A stretch of DNA of 58,283 nt, filler included, from Catajapyx aquilonaris (taxonomy: Eukaryota), in assembly GCA_000934665.2 (NCBI GenBank). It is 2 parts of 2 records of this genome, joined end to end, with 100 filler letters (N's around TTAATTAATTAA, not from the genome) between each part and the next. Parts side by side here need not be neighbours in the genome. Positions count along the whole stretch, not along the records: positions 1 to 29,132 come from KZ539228.1; positions 29,233 to 58,283 come from JYFJ02004833.1. One strand, given 5' to 3'. The notes below the pieces were generated by a model that ran no database searches, was not told the origin of the DNA, and worked only from the letters and a program-made list of their open reading frames with translations. Shown in pieces: positions 24,563 to 36,956 of this stretch (position 1 is the first letter of the stretch; every line of letters starts with the position of its first letter). A program made the translations under genes and the position numbers.

Positions 24563-25027
24563 GTGGATGTGTCCAGGGGAGGAGGAGGAGGAGGTGGTGG
24601 TGCAGCAGGCAGGGTGCCGGACATTGTCGCCATGGCGACGTACTCATTGTTGCCCCAGACAGTGCCAGACACGGACAGTTCCGAAGAGGAGGAGGAGGAC
24701 GACGATCCGGCCCTACTAGAGGAGGAAGAGGAGGAAGGAGACGAGGAGGACGAGGAGGAGATACTCGACCGGGCCCGTGCCTCCCACCAGCAGCAGCACA
24801 ACAGGAACCTCATCGCAGCAGGGGGGAGCAGCAGACTGCGCCACCACAACCAGCACCAGCCTTTCTCCAGCCAGAGACGAGGGTCCAATAAGAAGGGCTT
24901 CCACGGAGCCAAATCCGCTCTGGTTCGAAACAACAACGACGACCACCCCAGCAGTCAGAGCCTTTTATTTCAAATAACCATGCACCTTGCCTTCTTTGGT
25001 CCCATGGAGGGCGGGAACCAGGTCTGA
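24563..25027 (+). CDS. Probable first coding exon of an unidentified gene (Gly-rich, acidic N-terminus); downstream exons not found
   Basis: GC-rich, coding-like 154-codon ORF MDVSRGGGG...MATYSLLPQTVPDTDSSEEEEEDDD...; GC-rich upstream region with TGACGTCA at 24254; possible weak donor CAG|GTCTGA at 25021. Confidence 0.5.
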   Translation: MDVSRGGGGGGGGAAGRVPDIVAMATYSLLPQTVPDTDSSEEEEEDDDPALLEEEEEEGDEEDEEEILDRARASHQQQHNRNLIAAGGSSRLRHHNQHQPFSSQRRGSNKKGFHGAKSALVRNNNDDHPSSQSLLFQITMHLAFFGPMEGGNQV

Positions 25028-26489
25028 CGGCCCAAGTGAAAACCCTGTATTTTGTCTTGTTGTCGTTTCGAGATAATGGCATTTCAAGTTTTTCCGTTTC
25101 CACTATCGTATATGGAAGTGCATGATTTCAATTGGGCAAAACTTTGCAAGGGTTGCTCCTACAGCAGCTATGCGCTTTGTACCAACAGGTGTGGCTTGCA
25201 AAGAGGAGTGCAATGGTGCATTTACCTCCATTTACGTGATTTTTGAAGATACGGGGTTTTCACTTTGGCCGTCAGAGGTGCACTGAGTCCATACTCAAGG
25301 CCAGGGCACACGCACTCTGCTGACACCAGTGTGGGGAACAACCAGAGCATTTTCTTGTCACCACAAGTAGCTTGCAACACCCCTTGGCTGAAGTCAAGTA
25401 TGCGGGATATTCGCCGAATCAATTAGGAAACAGTACCTGTGGCTTTCCGACCCTTTGAGTGTTGTTTTGCTTCTGGGTTTGAAGTCGGGGAAGTGACCAG
25501 GGACCCTGGAATTAATTCCTCAAGCTTGACCAGAATACAGATGGTATCATTGTCATCTCTCAGGTCGAATCGTAAGTTGCTAGGTTACAAACAAATTGAT
25601 TCGGCAAGTGTCCCGTATACTTGACATGAGCCCACCCCTTTTCACACCCACCTCTGCCATACAAAAAGTCCACATCTACACTGGCAAGCAACCTTTCTGC
25701 ACTATTTGCATTAGGGCCACATACAAGTTTCACCCCTATATGCTGTGCATCACAGAGTTTGTGTACGTCAGGCCTTGAGTATCATTTAAGAGCCTCTCCT
25801 TGGAGTTGCTTTCCAAAGCACAGGTTAAAAACATAGACCTGCAGATGCACTTTTTGACATTGTTCCCAACATGATTTTGCTTGGTGATACTGCTTGTTTT
25901 ATCCATTTTTGCTTTGATTTAAAACCAAATATATCCTCATGGTTTCTAGAGTATGTGTGTATATCAATGAGCAAATTGACTTACCTCTCAGGTGAAATAC
26001 AGGGTGGTTGTAAAGTCACTGCCTATTGGAAATGTGCAATAAAATTGTCAAATATTGCTCAATTGCCACGGAACAAGCACGAGCTCTCAGCCTACTGTGT
26101 GAAACTCAGACTGTGCAGTGAAGTGACTGCATCAATGCTGTAGCAAAAGCTCGTTGTGATAGAAGTAGTAACTGTGAAATTATTCATCTCACCGCAAAGG
26201 CAATGATAAAAGATATGAAGAGGGCCTATTGTAGAGCTCCGTTAGAAAACAATACTACCATGCAAGTTATGAAGCACGAAGGAAGCATTACGAAAGTAAC
26301 ATTTTTTGTTGTTCTGCATAAATCACGCAATCTGTTTGCATTCCAACACTTGGGTGATCTGCACTTATTTTGCCAACACAACAAACTGAACATGCCTTTT
26401 ATACAGTTTTATACTTATTAGAGTAGGGCCTGGCTCTGGCATTGGCGGATTTAGAGGGGGGGCATGGGGGCATGTGCCCCCCCCCCCCC

Positions 26490-26695
26490 NNNNNNNNNNN
26501 NNNNNNNNNNNNNNNNNNNNNNNNNNNNNNNNNNNNNNNNNNNNNNNNNNNNNNNNNNNNNNNNNNNNNNNNNNNNNNNNNNNNNNNNNNNNNNNNNNNN
26601 NNNNNNNNNNNNNNNNNNNNNNNNNNNNNNNNNNNNNNNNNNNNNNNNNNNNNNNNNNNNNNNNNNNNNNNNNNNNNNNNNNNNNNNNNNNNNNN
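26490..26695. other. Assembly gap flanked by poly-C, inside a probable MITE
   Basis: Run of N between C-tracts, following GGCGGATTTAGAGGGGGGGCATGGGGGCATGTGCCCC. Confidence 0.95.
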
Positions 26696-26928
26696 CCCCC
26701 CCGAAAAGCCTGGGGCCTGGATAGCGTGTGTATGCCTCACACATTGTCCAGGGTGCTGTTTATGAAATGGTTCACATCATTTTCCAGTCATACCAATACC
26801 ACATCCTGTAACGTGGCTCTAAGAAATTGCCTTTCTTGTTGAAGAGATTACTTAAAGTTTCTCCATCCTGGATGATGATGGAGTTGATCATGATGTTAAA
26901 TCCACTACTGCTACTGCATCAACTTGAC

Positions 26929-27359
26929 TAGTCAAACTTCTATAAGTCAAATCTCCATGGGACCGAGAAAAAAAACTTCGAGTTATAGAAGATTCGAGTT
27001 AGAGAAGTGTGGATTTTTTAAAGCACATAACTCTGATTCAATTGTCACAATCGAGTCAAACACTTCTTTCGGTATGTCTGATAGACGGAGATCAGGATAT
27101 TTAAACCTTTCTGGACATGTCTGTACTCTTGACTCTTTGGCTGAGATATGAGACAATTTTTCGTACTCGCCAACATGAACTTCGACTTAGGGAGACTGAA
27201 AATGCATTGAAATCCCATCGTAAGGCCCTACCTGCACTTCGAGTTAGGGAGAACTTTGAGTTATAGAAATCCGAGTTAGAGAAGTTTATTTCCTATTACG
27301 TATTTTACATTCTGACCAACCAAGCTCGTCATTTTCTTCGACTTATAGAAGTTTTACTG
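26929..27359. mobile_element. Tc1/mariner-type MITE
   Basis: TAGTCAAACTTCTATAAGTC ... GACTTATAGAAGTTTTACTG inverted termini; internal repeats of TTCGAGTTA(T/G)AGA. Confidence 0.7.
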
Positions 27360-27551
27360 CATATTGATGCAATTACTACCATTGCTAGAGAGGTTCATAT
27401 AAGTGTTGAAATACTTGAGTGTGAAGTTTTGCAGTTGCTGGTCAATTTATTCTGACATCTCTTAGTTTATAATTTATATGATTCATGAGTTGGCAAGTAA
27501 TGATTACTGTAAACCACTATATTTACTTTACTGGTGGGTCCATAACCCCAG

Positions 27552-27993
27552 CAGGGAGCATATACTACATAAGAGGCGAAACATTCGATTTTTGCGTCTC
27601 TCTGTTTTGGGCGTTGCCAAGGCTGGCGGCCATTTTGAAGTGTGTGGAACGCCAACCAGGTATAAATAGGGTACAGGCAGGCCGTCAAAGTCCGCGGGGG
27701 TCCGCCATCTTTGATGGTTTTGGCTGCCATGGCAATACAGCAATAACAATTTACTTACCCATTTTCCAATATTGAATTCAAATTCGCGCATGTTCTTGCC
27801 ATCTAGGTGCCATGGCCGCCAAAACCATCAAAGATGGCGGACCCTATTTTTGCCTGTACCCTATTTATGCCTCGTTGGCTTTCCACACACTTCAAAATGG
27901 CCGCCAGCCTTGGCAACGCCCTATAAACAGAGAGACGCAAACATCAAAGGTGCTGACAGAAGTTTGCAGCTCTTATGTAGTATATGCTCCCTG
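27552..27993. mobile_element. Foldback MITE with 7-bp TSD (P/Galileo-like)
   Basis: ACCCCAG|CAGGGAGCATATACTACATAAGAG ... CTCTTATGTAGTATATGCTCCCTG|ACCCCAG; ~180-bp arms. Confidence 0.85.
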
Positions 27994-28399
27994 ACCCCAG
28001 TGTGAGTAAACAATATGGGTGAAAAGTTATCACCCTCATAAAAAGGGAATGCTGCATTATGTAACCCTGGATGAGGCAGTTGCTGACCCCACACTGACCT
28101 CAAACCAATCATTATTGGGCAACTGTGAAAAACATCTGCTTCACTTAGTCTTGTTTTTTGTCATACGATGCTATAAAACTTGTGCTGAAGGACGTGAGTC
28201 AATGTGTACTGTAAGTTACAGTTAGAACTGGGACTAGAGAGTGGCTTTTATTTTGTGTCTTGGGATGAGGGTTGCAGTGAGAAGTAGTGAAGCGCATGCT
28301 ATCACTGTGCACTACAGATAGCATTTTGTCACTTACACAACATTTGCTCAAGTTTATGACATGTGTTTGCCTGAATCAGCAGACACACACACACACCCA

Positions 28400-28648
28400 G
28401 GCACGCATTCCTATCCTTGTGAGGTTTTTCCAAAATTTAAAATTTAAAACTAGCCTAACCTACAAGGAAACACACGAAATTTTGGTGAAATATATTTTTA
28501 CTGTCTTTATGAGGTATTTTTCGATTTTTCCCTATCCTAGGCGTGTGTTCACTATGAGGTACAGGAAAACTACCTCGTAATGACAAAATTCCTCACAAGG
28601 ATAGGAAAAACGTGTCAAAAATTCCTCACAAGGATAGCAATACGCGTC
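28400..28648. mobile_element. MITE inserted in a (CA)n microsatellite
   Basis: Inverted CTATCCTTGTGAGG / CCTCACAAGGATAG ends; (CA)n on both sides (28383-28396, 28649-28670). Confidence 0.65.
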
Positions 28649-29132
28649 CACACACACACACACACACACACGTTTGCACGCCATTAACTGTGGGGCAGGG
28701 GCGTAACTACCATATAGTCCGGATGGTAAGGGTTTGAACCGTTCACTTTGTGACGAAAGCATGAAATTTGGCATAGATGTAGAATAAACCTTGCTCTTCA
28801 AATACAGATGTGGAGCCACGCGAGATTTTGCCCCGGAGGCGGGTTGGCTACCCTGAAGCGAGTGAAAAGTCTTTTTCTGAGCGAACTATGCTTCTTAGGC
28901 GGATATGTGCCAAACAAATGTTGTGGGGAAACATGTATCCTACAAAAAGTATATAGTAACTTTTCCATGTACGGTCCGTATTTTCGGAGCTACAGCGACT
29001 TGAACCAAATTACGGGACGAAAAAAAAAGTCAACTGTGCATTGGTGAAATTTGGTAAGAATGTCCCTGAGACCATACTCCTCCAATCCAGATATGGCGCC
29101 ACGGCCGTTTTCGTCCTGGAGGCCCGTAATTG

Positions 29133-29232
29133 NNNNNNNNNNNNNNNNNNNNNNNNNNNNNNNNNNNNNNNNNNNNTTAATTAATTAANNNNNNNNNNNN
29201 NNNNNNNNNNNNNNNNNNNNNNNNNNNNNNNN
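29133..29232. other. Artificial 100-bp scaffold join (44 N + TTAATTAATTAA + 44 N)
   Basis: The 12-mer has stop codons in all six frames and is centred in an exact 100-bp gap. Confidence 0.92.
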
Positions 29233-32200
29233 TCGAAATTTGTTTTGGTTCTGATTCACTTTTTTTTGCGGTGTGTAATGGAAGCATGTTAAGTGCGGAA
29301 ATAATTATTTTGTGCATAGAGAGAGAGAGAGTCCGGTGGTTTGAAGTGAATTAGCAACAGCTTGCTCTTGACTATGGCCTCGCCCCCTCGTGCTATAGTC
29401 CAATCCTTCCTAAACTCGGGGTCTCGACCCAAAAGTAGGTCGCGGCCATGCGTACGAGGGTCGAGGGAAGATCTCTAGTGAAAAAAATATCTGCAAAAAT
29501 TTTGCAAAAAAATTGTGTCGAGTCAAACATATCAATTCAAAATGGTTGGCAATGCTGTGTGGATCACGTGTGTGCCAAATGTTCTGAAGTTAAGAGTCCT
29601 TCGACTATATCACACTGTGGTCCAAGGCCTCCACCAGCACAGGTTGAATGACTCACTGAATTGCACATATGCAACAACACGACCTGCTCGAATAAATAAC
29701 CCCGATTGTGATATGCATCGACATCTCCCTTTATGTTGCCTCGTTGCAGCATCACATGTGCGACCTGATTGTTAGCCTGAAATTTCCATCCGTATCGGTG
29801 GAAAAATGTGGACTTATTTTCATATTATTATATGGGCAGCCTGCTATGTGCGAAATTGCGTGGATGTGGTGTAAAATAGCGGGGGTTGGAAGCAGCCAGC
29901 TGGGTGGGGGTGGGCAAAGAGTGTACATAGAGCTAGGCAGGCAGCGGTTGAGGGTCGTATTGATCCCCCGTAGGCAGGCCGAACTTGGCCGAAACCTTGC
30001 ACAACCCAATCCTCGCTGCCTTGCCTTTTTCCCCTTGGCCCTCATGGCGGCTACAGGGTGCCCACACTGCTACACAGGCAGGCGCATACACATCAGGATC
30101 TACCGGTGGGAACGCGCATGCGCATCAGCTAGTATGCGCATGCGCACCGGTACATCCCCATTGCGCATGCGCTGCCAGGGTTGGAAATACTTCCACATAA
30201 ACGACTCGACAGTGTAAATGACCCTGGCTTGATATGCATGGACCGGTATATGTATCCTGAGTGGGGTAAATGGCTGGAGAGGGCCAATTGAATGGAACGA
30301 TCTGTCCGGAGTATATAGGGGGTGGTAGTGTTGATGACACCATTTGGCAACGCCCTTAAAGAGCCGCGGCCTGGGAAAGGTCAGGTTTAGCCCCATCGAT
30401 TTTTGCCAGGTCGAGTTGAAAACACGAAAATTGCTCGTAACTTGTTCGCCGAACCCGGGATGGGGGGTCCTGCTGCCTAATTTTTTTATAGCGTTGAGAG
30501 ACTTCCGGTGGACGAGTCGTGTTGCGATCGAATGTTTTTAAATGGAGAAGTGTGCTGACAATTTTTTTTTTCTTCTTTCGCAATGATTGTTGGCCTGTGT
30601 AAAACAATGTCGCAGGTTGGCAGATGCAGTCCAAACTACTACGTTAACAAAACCACAAGTGCTTTTTAATAATTGTTAAAAGCACATTGTTCGTCCACAT
30701 TTTTGCACGTTGGCTAATCAATAATAATCAGGCATGCCAACAGAACGGCTAGAGGAAGAGTAATGCAGAAACAATAGGACGCAAATTTCCCCACGTTATT
30801 AAAATTATTTTCATTTCATACCTAATTATTCATACTGTACACATTACCATGCACAGGCTTTCAATTACAGTACGGAGTTCTTGTTTTTGTGCCACAGTGA
30901 CTCATATATTTTGCACATAGTTGTGCTTAAATTGAATTTGGAAAACAGTACTGTAATTGTTAAATAAATAACTTATTATCGTACGTGTTTATGATTTTTG
31001 TCGTTATTCAATAATTAATCATCCTAGTGTAATCATATTCACGTGCATATCCATAAGCTACATAATCACTTGAATTAATATAATAAAATACATAAATTAA
31101 CTAATATTCGCATTAAATGAAATGGAAGTAGAACATATAACAGCAAATTTTAAACTGAAACGGTTTGTCCAGCTTTATCGTGTGATCATAAGTCATGTAA
31201 TGGTCCAGGAAACAGCAAAAAAAAAAAAAATCTCGACATGCAAATAATAATCGGCAAGGGAAAGCGCGGTTCCTGGAAACTTTTGCACAAAAAATAATTC
31301 TTCGCGCGAATATAAAAAATTATCTAGAGAATTATTTTAGCTTCACGCCAGCCTGCTAATTTGAGGGTCAGTACCATCCATTGTGCACCGTAATACATGA
31401 ACTAGGTCATGGCGCAATTTCTTAACAAGAGTCCTTATCTCTCGTGGAGTCCTGGACAACACCGCTTTTTTCCGGCTGGCGAATTTTTCCGCGAAAGTGT
31501 GAGTAAACCGCTGAATTGAAAAGGAACAGTGGTGCACTTTCTAGTTCTCCGACTGCCCACACGTATGTATACACACACTTCATGGCCAGGTGAGGTTGGT
31601 TGGTCATCAAAGAGCTATGCCGTCATCATCCCCGCTGCCTTGGAATGTCTCTTTTTTTTCGCAATTATTACAAAGTGTAGTAATCCCCTCCCCCCCCCTT
31701 AACTTTCACTCTCATTACCCGGAGGTTGACCCAGTCATCCGGACATCTGGTCCGGGAACTGCCCTTGACAGCCGGGAAGTTTGGCTCAATTCCCTCACTA
31801 GGTCATGTCCTTTACACCGGATGGTGCAATGCCCACAGAGAGGAAATTTGGGGCACAAGTTCATCCCCAACAATGAGCTAGAAGAGAGCAACAATCACTG
31901 GTTGCTAGAGCTAGCACTTGTCTTAAAATGGAAGTTGCCATCTTGCATTTTTGCGAGTAGGCATATAAAAGACCAGAAGTAGAGCTAGGCATGGTTCCAT
32001 GGCCGTTCCATGCCCTCAGCAATCACGTGCTGTTGGCTGCCATTTCCCCTTTTCTCTCTTTCCTATCCCCCACCACCACCATCCCCTCTCCATCCCCCAT
32101 CATCATCAGTAGAGATAGAGAGAGAGAGAGTGGCCTTTAGGAAGTGCCATCCTGCCGTTATTTATCGCATACTAACCTCGGTCGGGGCAGCTCGTCTAAA

Positions 32201-34897
32201 TGGACGTTGATTGCAGCTGCCGAGGTTTTTCGCCCATCGAGAAGAAGGCCGATGCGCTTTTACAACCGGATTCCTGGCCTCCATTATTGCCCACAAGATG
32301 GCACAGCGTCAATGGCCGCCATATTTTGCAAAACGGGGATCAACGCTCGCGTGGGTTTTCTCGGGAGCTTCACTATACATGAAACGATAGATGGCACACT
32401 ACTGCCACTCGCAGGGACGTGCAAGGGGTACTGCTCAATGCTGGGCATTAATGGTGCCTACTGGCTGCAAAAGAATCGAAATTGGCCTCCGAATGAGTCA
32501 GTGGTCATTCGGAGGCAAATTTCTCGATTCGCTCTTTAACCGCTAACACATCGGCCGCCATACTACCTAGCTCATGACTGGACATATGCATTCTAGCCAA
32601 TTCTATACAATACATGAAGTCGAATTATTCTTGGGGTCAATGCATCTGAGTGGGCAGTGTTTACTCCATAAACCAGTTTTAAATACAATCAACCGTAGAC
32701 ACGAGGCTTTTGAATGGAGGTGCAGATAAATGCTTGTTGGGATGTGTGGGCAATGCATGGATAGATGGAGCTGATGTAAACATGTGCTAGCGTGTGTGAG
32801 AGAGTATGGTGGTGGTGGTGGTTGTGGTGGTGGAGTTAGGAAAGGAGGCAAAGGCCCCTTAGGATCCTGGCCTGGATCCAGCCGACACTTTGGACCAAGG
32901 CCATATATGTGTAGTTGAGGATCTGTCTAGGCTACTACCCTACTACGGCATTGCCAAGGGGAGAGAAAAATGAACTTGTTGGAAACCAATTATTTTACGC
33001 GAATTATACAAGGCCATACTCTAAACAAAATCGCCATTTTGCTCCAGGGTGCGATGTCCACGCAGGAAGTGACGTAATGGCCCGACTTTTTTTCCCCTGT
33101 AAACATATTCTTGGACGAAATTGCGCATCGGTTCCCCCATGTGGTGCTCAGACAAACACTTCGGCCAATGCGCACATCGGAAGGTGGACGACCCAAGCAG
33201 GTGCTTTTTTTGTCGTCGTCCTCTGCTTAGTAGGATAGAGAGTCAAGGCTAGATGCATTTCGCACACGATTCTCATTATCCGCGCCGGGAAGACAGCAAC
33301 AAAATAAAAGGACAAAAGGGGCGTAATTTCCTCAGTCCCTAAGTTAAGGTCTTCTTGATAAGGTGATTGAGGGCCATTCGGGGGGGGGGGGGGGGGANAC
33401 AGGACACGGGCAAGGTCCACGACCGCTCTGTATAGTTGAAGGCCCTCTCACTTCCCTTCCAGATTGACATTGGCAGCCTTGCCATAGTCACGTGATGCCA
33501 ACAGCCAATCACAGCGTGGCCTACAAGGTTGCCAAAGAGTCTGCGAATAGCTTGGTAGTCACACAATTTCCCCCTCAACACATGCTAAACGCAGGTGGTG
33601 CGTTTAAAGTTAGTCAACGTTTCAGAATTCAGTCCGGATTAGTCCAGTACAAGTCCCGACCTATGTAATGCAAATAAAAGAGACGAGCGAAGAGGGTTGG
33701 AATTTGCGAAATGCAGACAGTGCTGGGAGAGGGGGGCTGCGGCACGAGAGTTGCGAAAGCCTTCCTGTATATTTATTCCGGCTGCGTCTCTGCTTGGACT
33801 TGCGCAAGGCCTCTCTCTCTGCAAGGGTTGATGACACGCCCAGAAAACCCTAGGACGGAATGTTTGCTCCAGTGACCCACTACTATTTCGCCTTCTTCTA
33901 TAATCAACATATATCCGGACTAGACAATAATAGAAAATTCTAACTCAATTGTTGGCACGACTCGGGGAGGAACCAGACAGCGCTCCTGGCGGCCAAGGTT
34001 TTTATCAGTCGGGTTTAAACTTGTGAAGGACGCCGGTTGAGCGTCCGTCATTTTGAATCCGCAGAGTTGAAGGGTGTACGCACAGGGTGGTACATTGCCC
34101 AAGTACACAACGCTTTAAAATAAATAAACACACGTTGAACACAATAGTCGCAATAGGCAGAAACATTCAAGGACGCGACGCATTTATTTATTTATTTATT
34201 TATTGTAGCTCTGTTGGATGCGGCCGGATGGGAATATGAGAAAAGTGGGTCAGGCGTGAATGTACGCGTAATTAATTGCGAGGCGCTCTCTGGGATAGTC
34301 CTTGGCTTAGGGTCATTCACAGGGGACAGGGGAAAGGTCAGATTGGGTCGCGGAATTTGGGTCGTGTCGTTGGTGTCGAGTCACAAAGAATCTGTGGAAA
34401 TCTGGATGACGATCGCTCTCAGATGCAGCGGATGTCTTGTAACTTCATTTTTTTAAACGAAAAAAAAGACCAGCAGTTTGCGATATATTTTTAACCAGGT
34501 GTTTGTTCACTTCAACCAGTTAATGAACGATCATGTTGACACCAAAGCAGCGGTAAAACGCTGATAGTAGTCGCCCCCCGTAGTGTAGGAACAAGTCCAA
34601 AAAATAAAAAATTTACGACCCTGCTACTCCAACATCGACAGGTTCACCGACATGGTGACAATTACAGGCTGGAAGTACATGAAAATTCACTCCCTGAAAC
34701 AATGAAGCCGCACTTATGCAGTTTTGGCTATCGCTCTTTTTATATATCTATAACTGACCCCTTTTTCCGCGTTCTCCGTGACGTCAGTAAGACAATAGCA
34801 GCCGCCCCTTTACGACCCTCTGTATTGCTCGTAAATATGTAAGTGCAACGGACAATTTCTTATCCACTGCACTTGTTTTTTCCCCCTTCTTAACATA

Positions 34898-35273
34898 CAG
34901 GGTGTTGTACTACTCAAGTTTATGAAATTGACCCAAATGCGAGCACCAAACAACAAGTTATTGAGCATACCTCAGAGTGTCTAAAGCTTTGTTGGATTGA
35001 AACCTTAACCTAACCTAACAATTCCTAACCTTGCATAACACTAACCCAACCCTTTCTAACCTAACCCAACAATTCCTAACCTTGCATAACTCTTACCCAA
35101 CCCTTCCTAACCCTTCCTAACCTAACCTAACCTATCCTAACCTACCCTAACCATTCCTTACGTTACCTTCTCCTTATCATTCCTAACCTTAATATAACTT
35201 AACCTTGGTTTAAGCCTACCGAGAGGACTTGAAACAATTTCCCGAGCTTATACTTGCAGTTGTGCACACCCTG
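34898..35273. mobile_element. Mariner-like MITE carrying a degenerate (CCTAA)n array
   Basis: TA|CAGGGTGTTGTAC ... TGTGCACACCCTG|TA; internal TAACC/CCTAA repeats at ~35004-35205. Confidence 0.65.
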
Positions 35274-35412
35274 TACTTTTCCTATCTGCCATTGAATGCT
35301 GGGTGGTAGGTGGTGGTGGGGAGGTATTTATTGAAAGAGGTCGACGCTCTAGCTGGCGCCGCACCTGCATTGGCATTACCCCTCCCCCCCCCCCCTCCTA
35401 TCCAACCTGTGT

Positions 35413-35608
35413 TGACGTCAGTCTGGCCTTGGGATCTGACCCGATAGAGATAGGCTGGCTAGATAGGCTTTTGCACTAGTTCCCAACATCCAGCTCAAAA
35501 AGGGGGTCTATAGAGGGGTGTGGGTGGTGGTGGGGTAGGACTAGTGCTTTTCTGAGCAGGCGCGAGGGATCAATATTTGCTCGGGTTGAATAGCCGAAAA
35601 ATATATAA
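35413..35608 (+). promoter_or_regulatory. Putative Hr4 (alternative) promoter: CRE-like TGACGTCA and TATA box
   Basis: TGACGTCA at 35413-35420 (another at 34779-34786), TATATAA at 35602-35608, ~1.3 kb upstream of the first visible Hr4 exon. Motif evidence only. Confidence 0.3.
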
Positions 35609-36956
35609 GCCGCGAAAAGTGGGGCTAGGGAGTTGGCGCACGTCACGCTGCTCCTAAGGTGACTTTTGCTGACGACTTGGAAGCATTCGCTGGATCATAG
35701 GCACTCGCTTACTATTTTTAGACGCTTAATTACGATCACTTTTGTTCGCACTTTTCGGTTGCAACTTAGGCAACTGCGTCGTCCCGCATCAACAAGTGTT
35801 TATCTGGCATGCAAAATAAACTGGTCTCAGCTCGACATGTCGTAAACCAGTCGTTGCCAATGGAAGGTGTCAAGTCACGTAGGAGGATGCAGCAGTGCTG
35901 ATCAAGTGCGGGGTGTCAATAAAACGGGACACGCCTATAGATCCGATAAGGGACCTAAAACCTGGGAGTCAATTAGCTAAACTACAGGGTGTTTCATAGC
36001 GTGGAAAATTCTCGAGCATGCACATGCTGACCTTTATAAACGGGTTGGGGTGTGAACGAGTTGCAAAACGGGAAGCTTTCAGGCTTGACGGCTGTTTTGT
36101 TATTTGGAAAGTTGTCTGTGCGATCGCCACATTTTTTTTTAAAGTCTCAGGTTCTTATATAGTAAGCTGAGTGTCCGTCCAAAGTCGTCTTCCTGAATAG
36201 ATGAATGTATACAGAAGAGAAGTCGTGTCTTCGCCAAGGACAACCTTTCCGCCTTGGCCAAAAACTGCGTAGACAGCCTTCCCATATCAGTACACTACAA
36301 TAACAAGAAAAGTTTTGTGCGCTTGTTGAAGGGTACGCGGGTAATGCCCCTCCAGGAATTCCCTCAGACTCACTTGCTGCTTAGCTAGTTTTAAAATCAA
36401 GGACGCAACTAACGCGGAGGAGGACGAGCCATTTTCAAAGACGAAGGTGGGGGACCTATTCATGTGCACCGGAATGGCTGGAGAAAGAAAATGTTCAGGA
36501 TTTGTTCTCTCCAGCAACAAGTTGCTAGCTACCTAGTCACGTGCAACGTAGATGCCACCGTCATCTGCGTTGCACTAAGTTGCACGTGAGTCTCCACAGG
36601 GTTGCCATTTATGATTCTCGAGCAGGACCTTCAAGAGTATATCTGTAGGAATTGGCGTGTTTAGCACAGCGTTTCCTATTCAGGGTCGGATTTCTGAGGT
36701 GATAACTGGTGGGTTCAACAGGCCCTTAACTGCTGGAGGTTTTATCTTGGAGTTAAGGCTTTTATTTTGCTAAAGTTCAATGCTCATGCGGAGGCCGCAC
36801 TTACAGTCTAATTGTATGTAATCATTGCCAAGTACTACATAATTCCACATGGTTTAAAACGCGACTCAATCAGCAGGGGGGTTGTATAGATCAGTTGGGT
36901 GGCCATTTTTTAAATATAAAAAGTGTGTTAATGGACATGTGTGTGTTTGTTGTTAG

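Noticed and set aside
24286..24936. 216-aa minus-strand ORF and other antisense ORFs over GC-rich exons (for example 37724-38323, 38884-39324, 56375-56875)
   Set aside because: Antisense shadows of low-complexity coding exons on the + strand.
26399..26842. ORFs spanning the N run
   Set aside because: Artefacts of the assembly gap.
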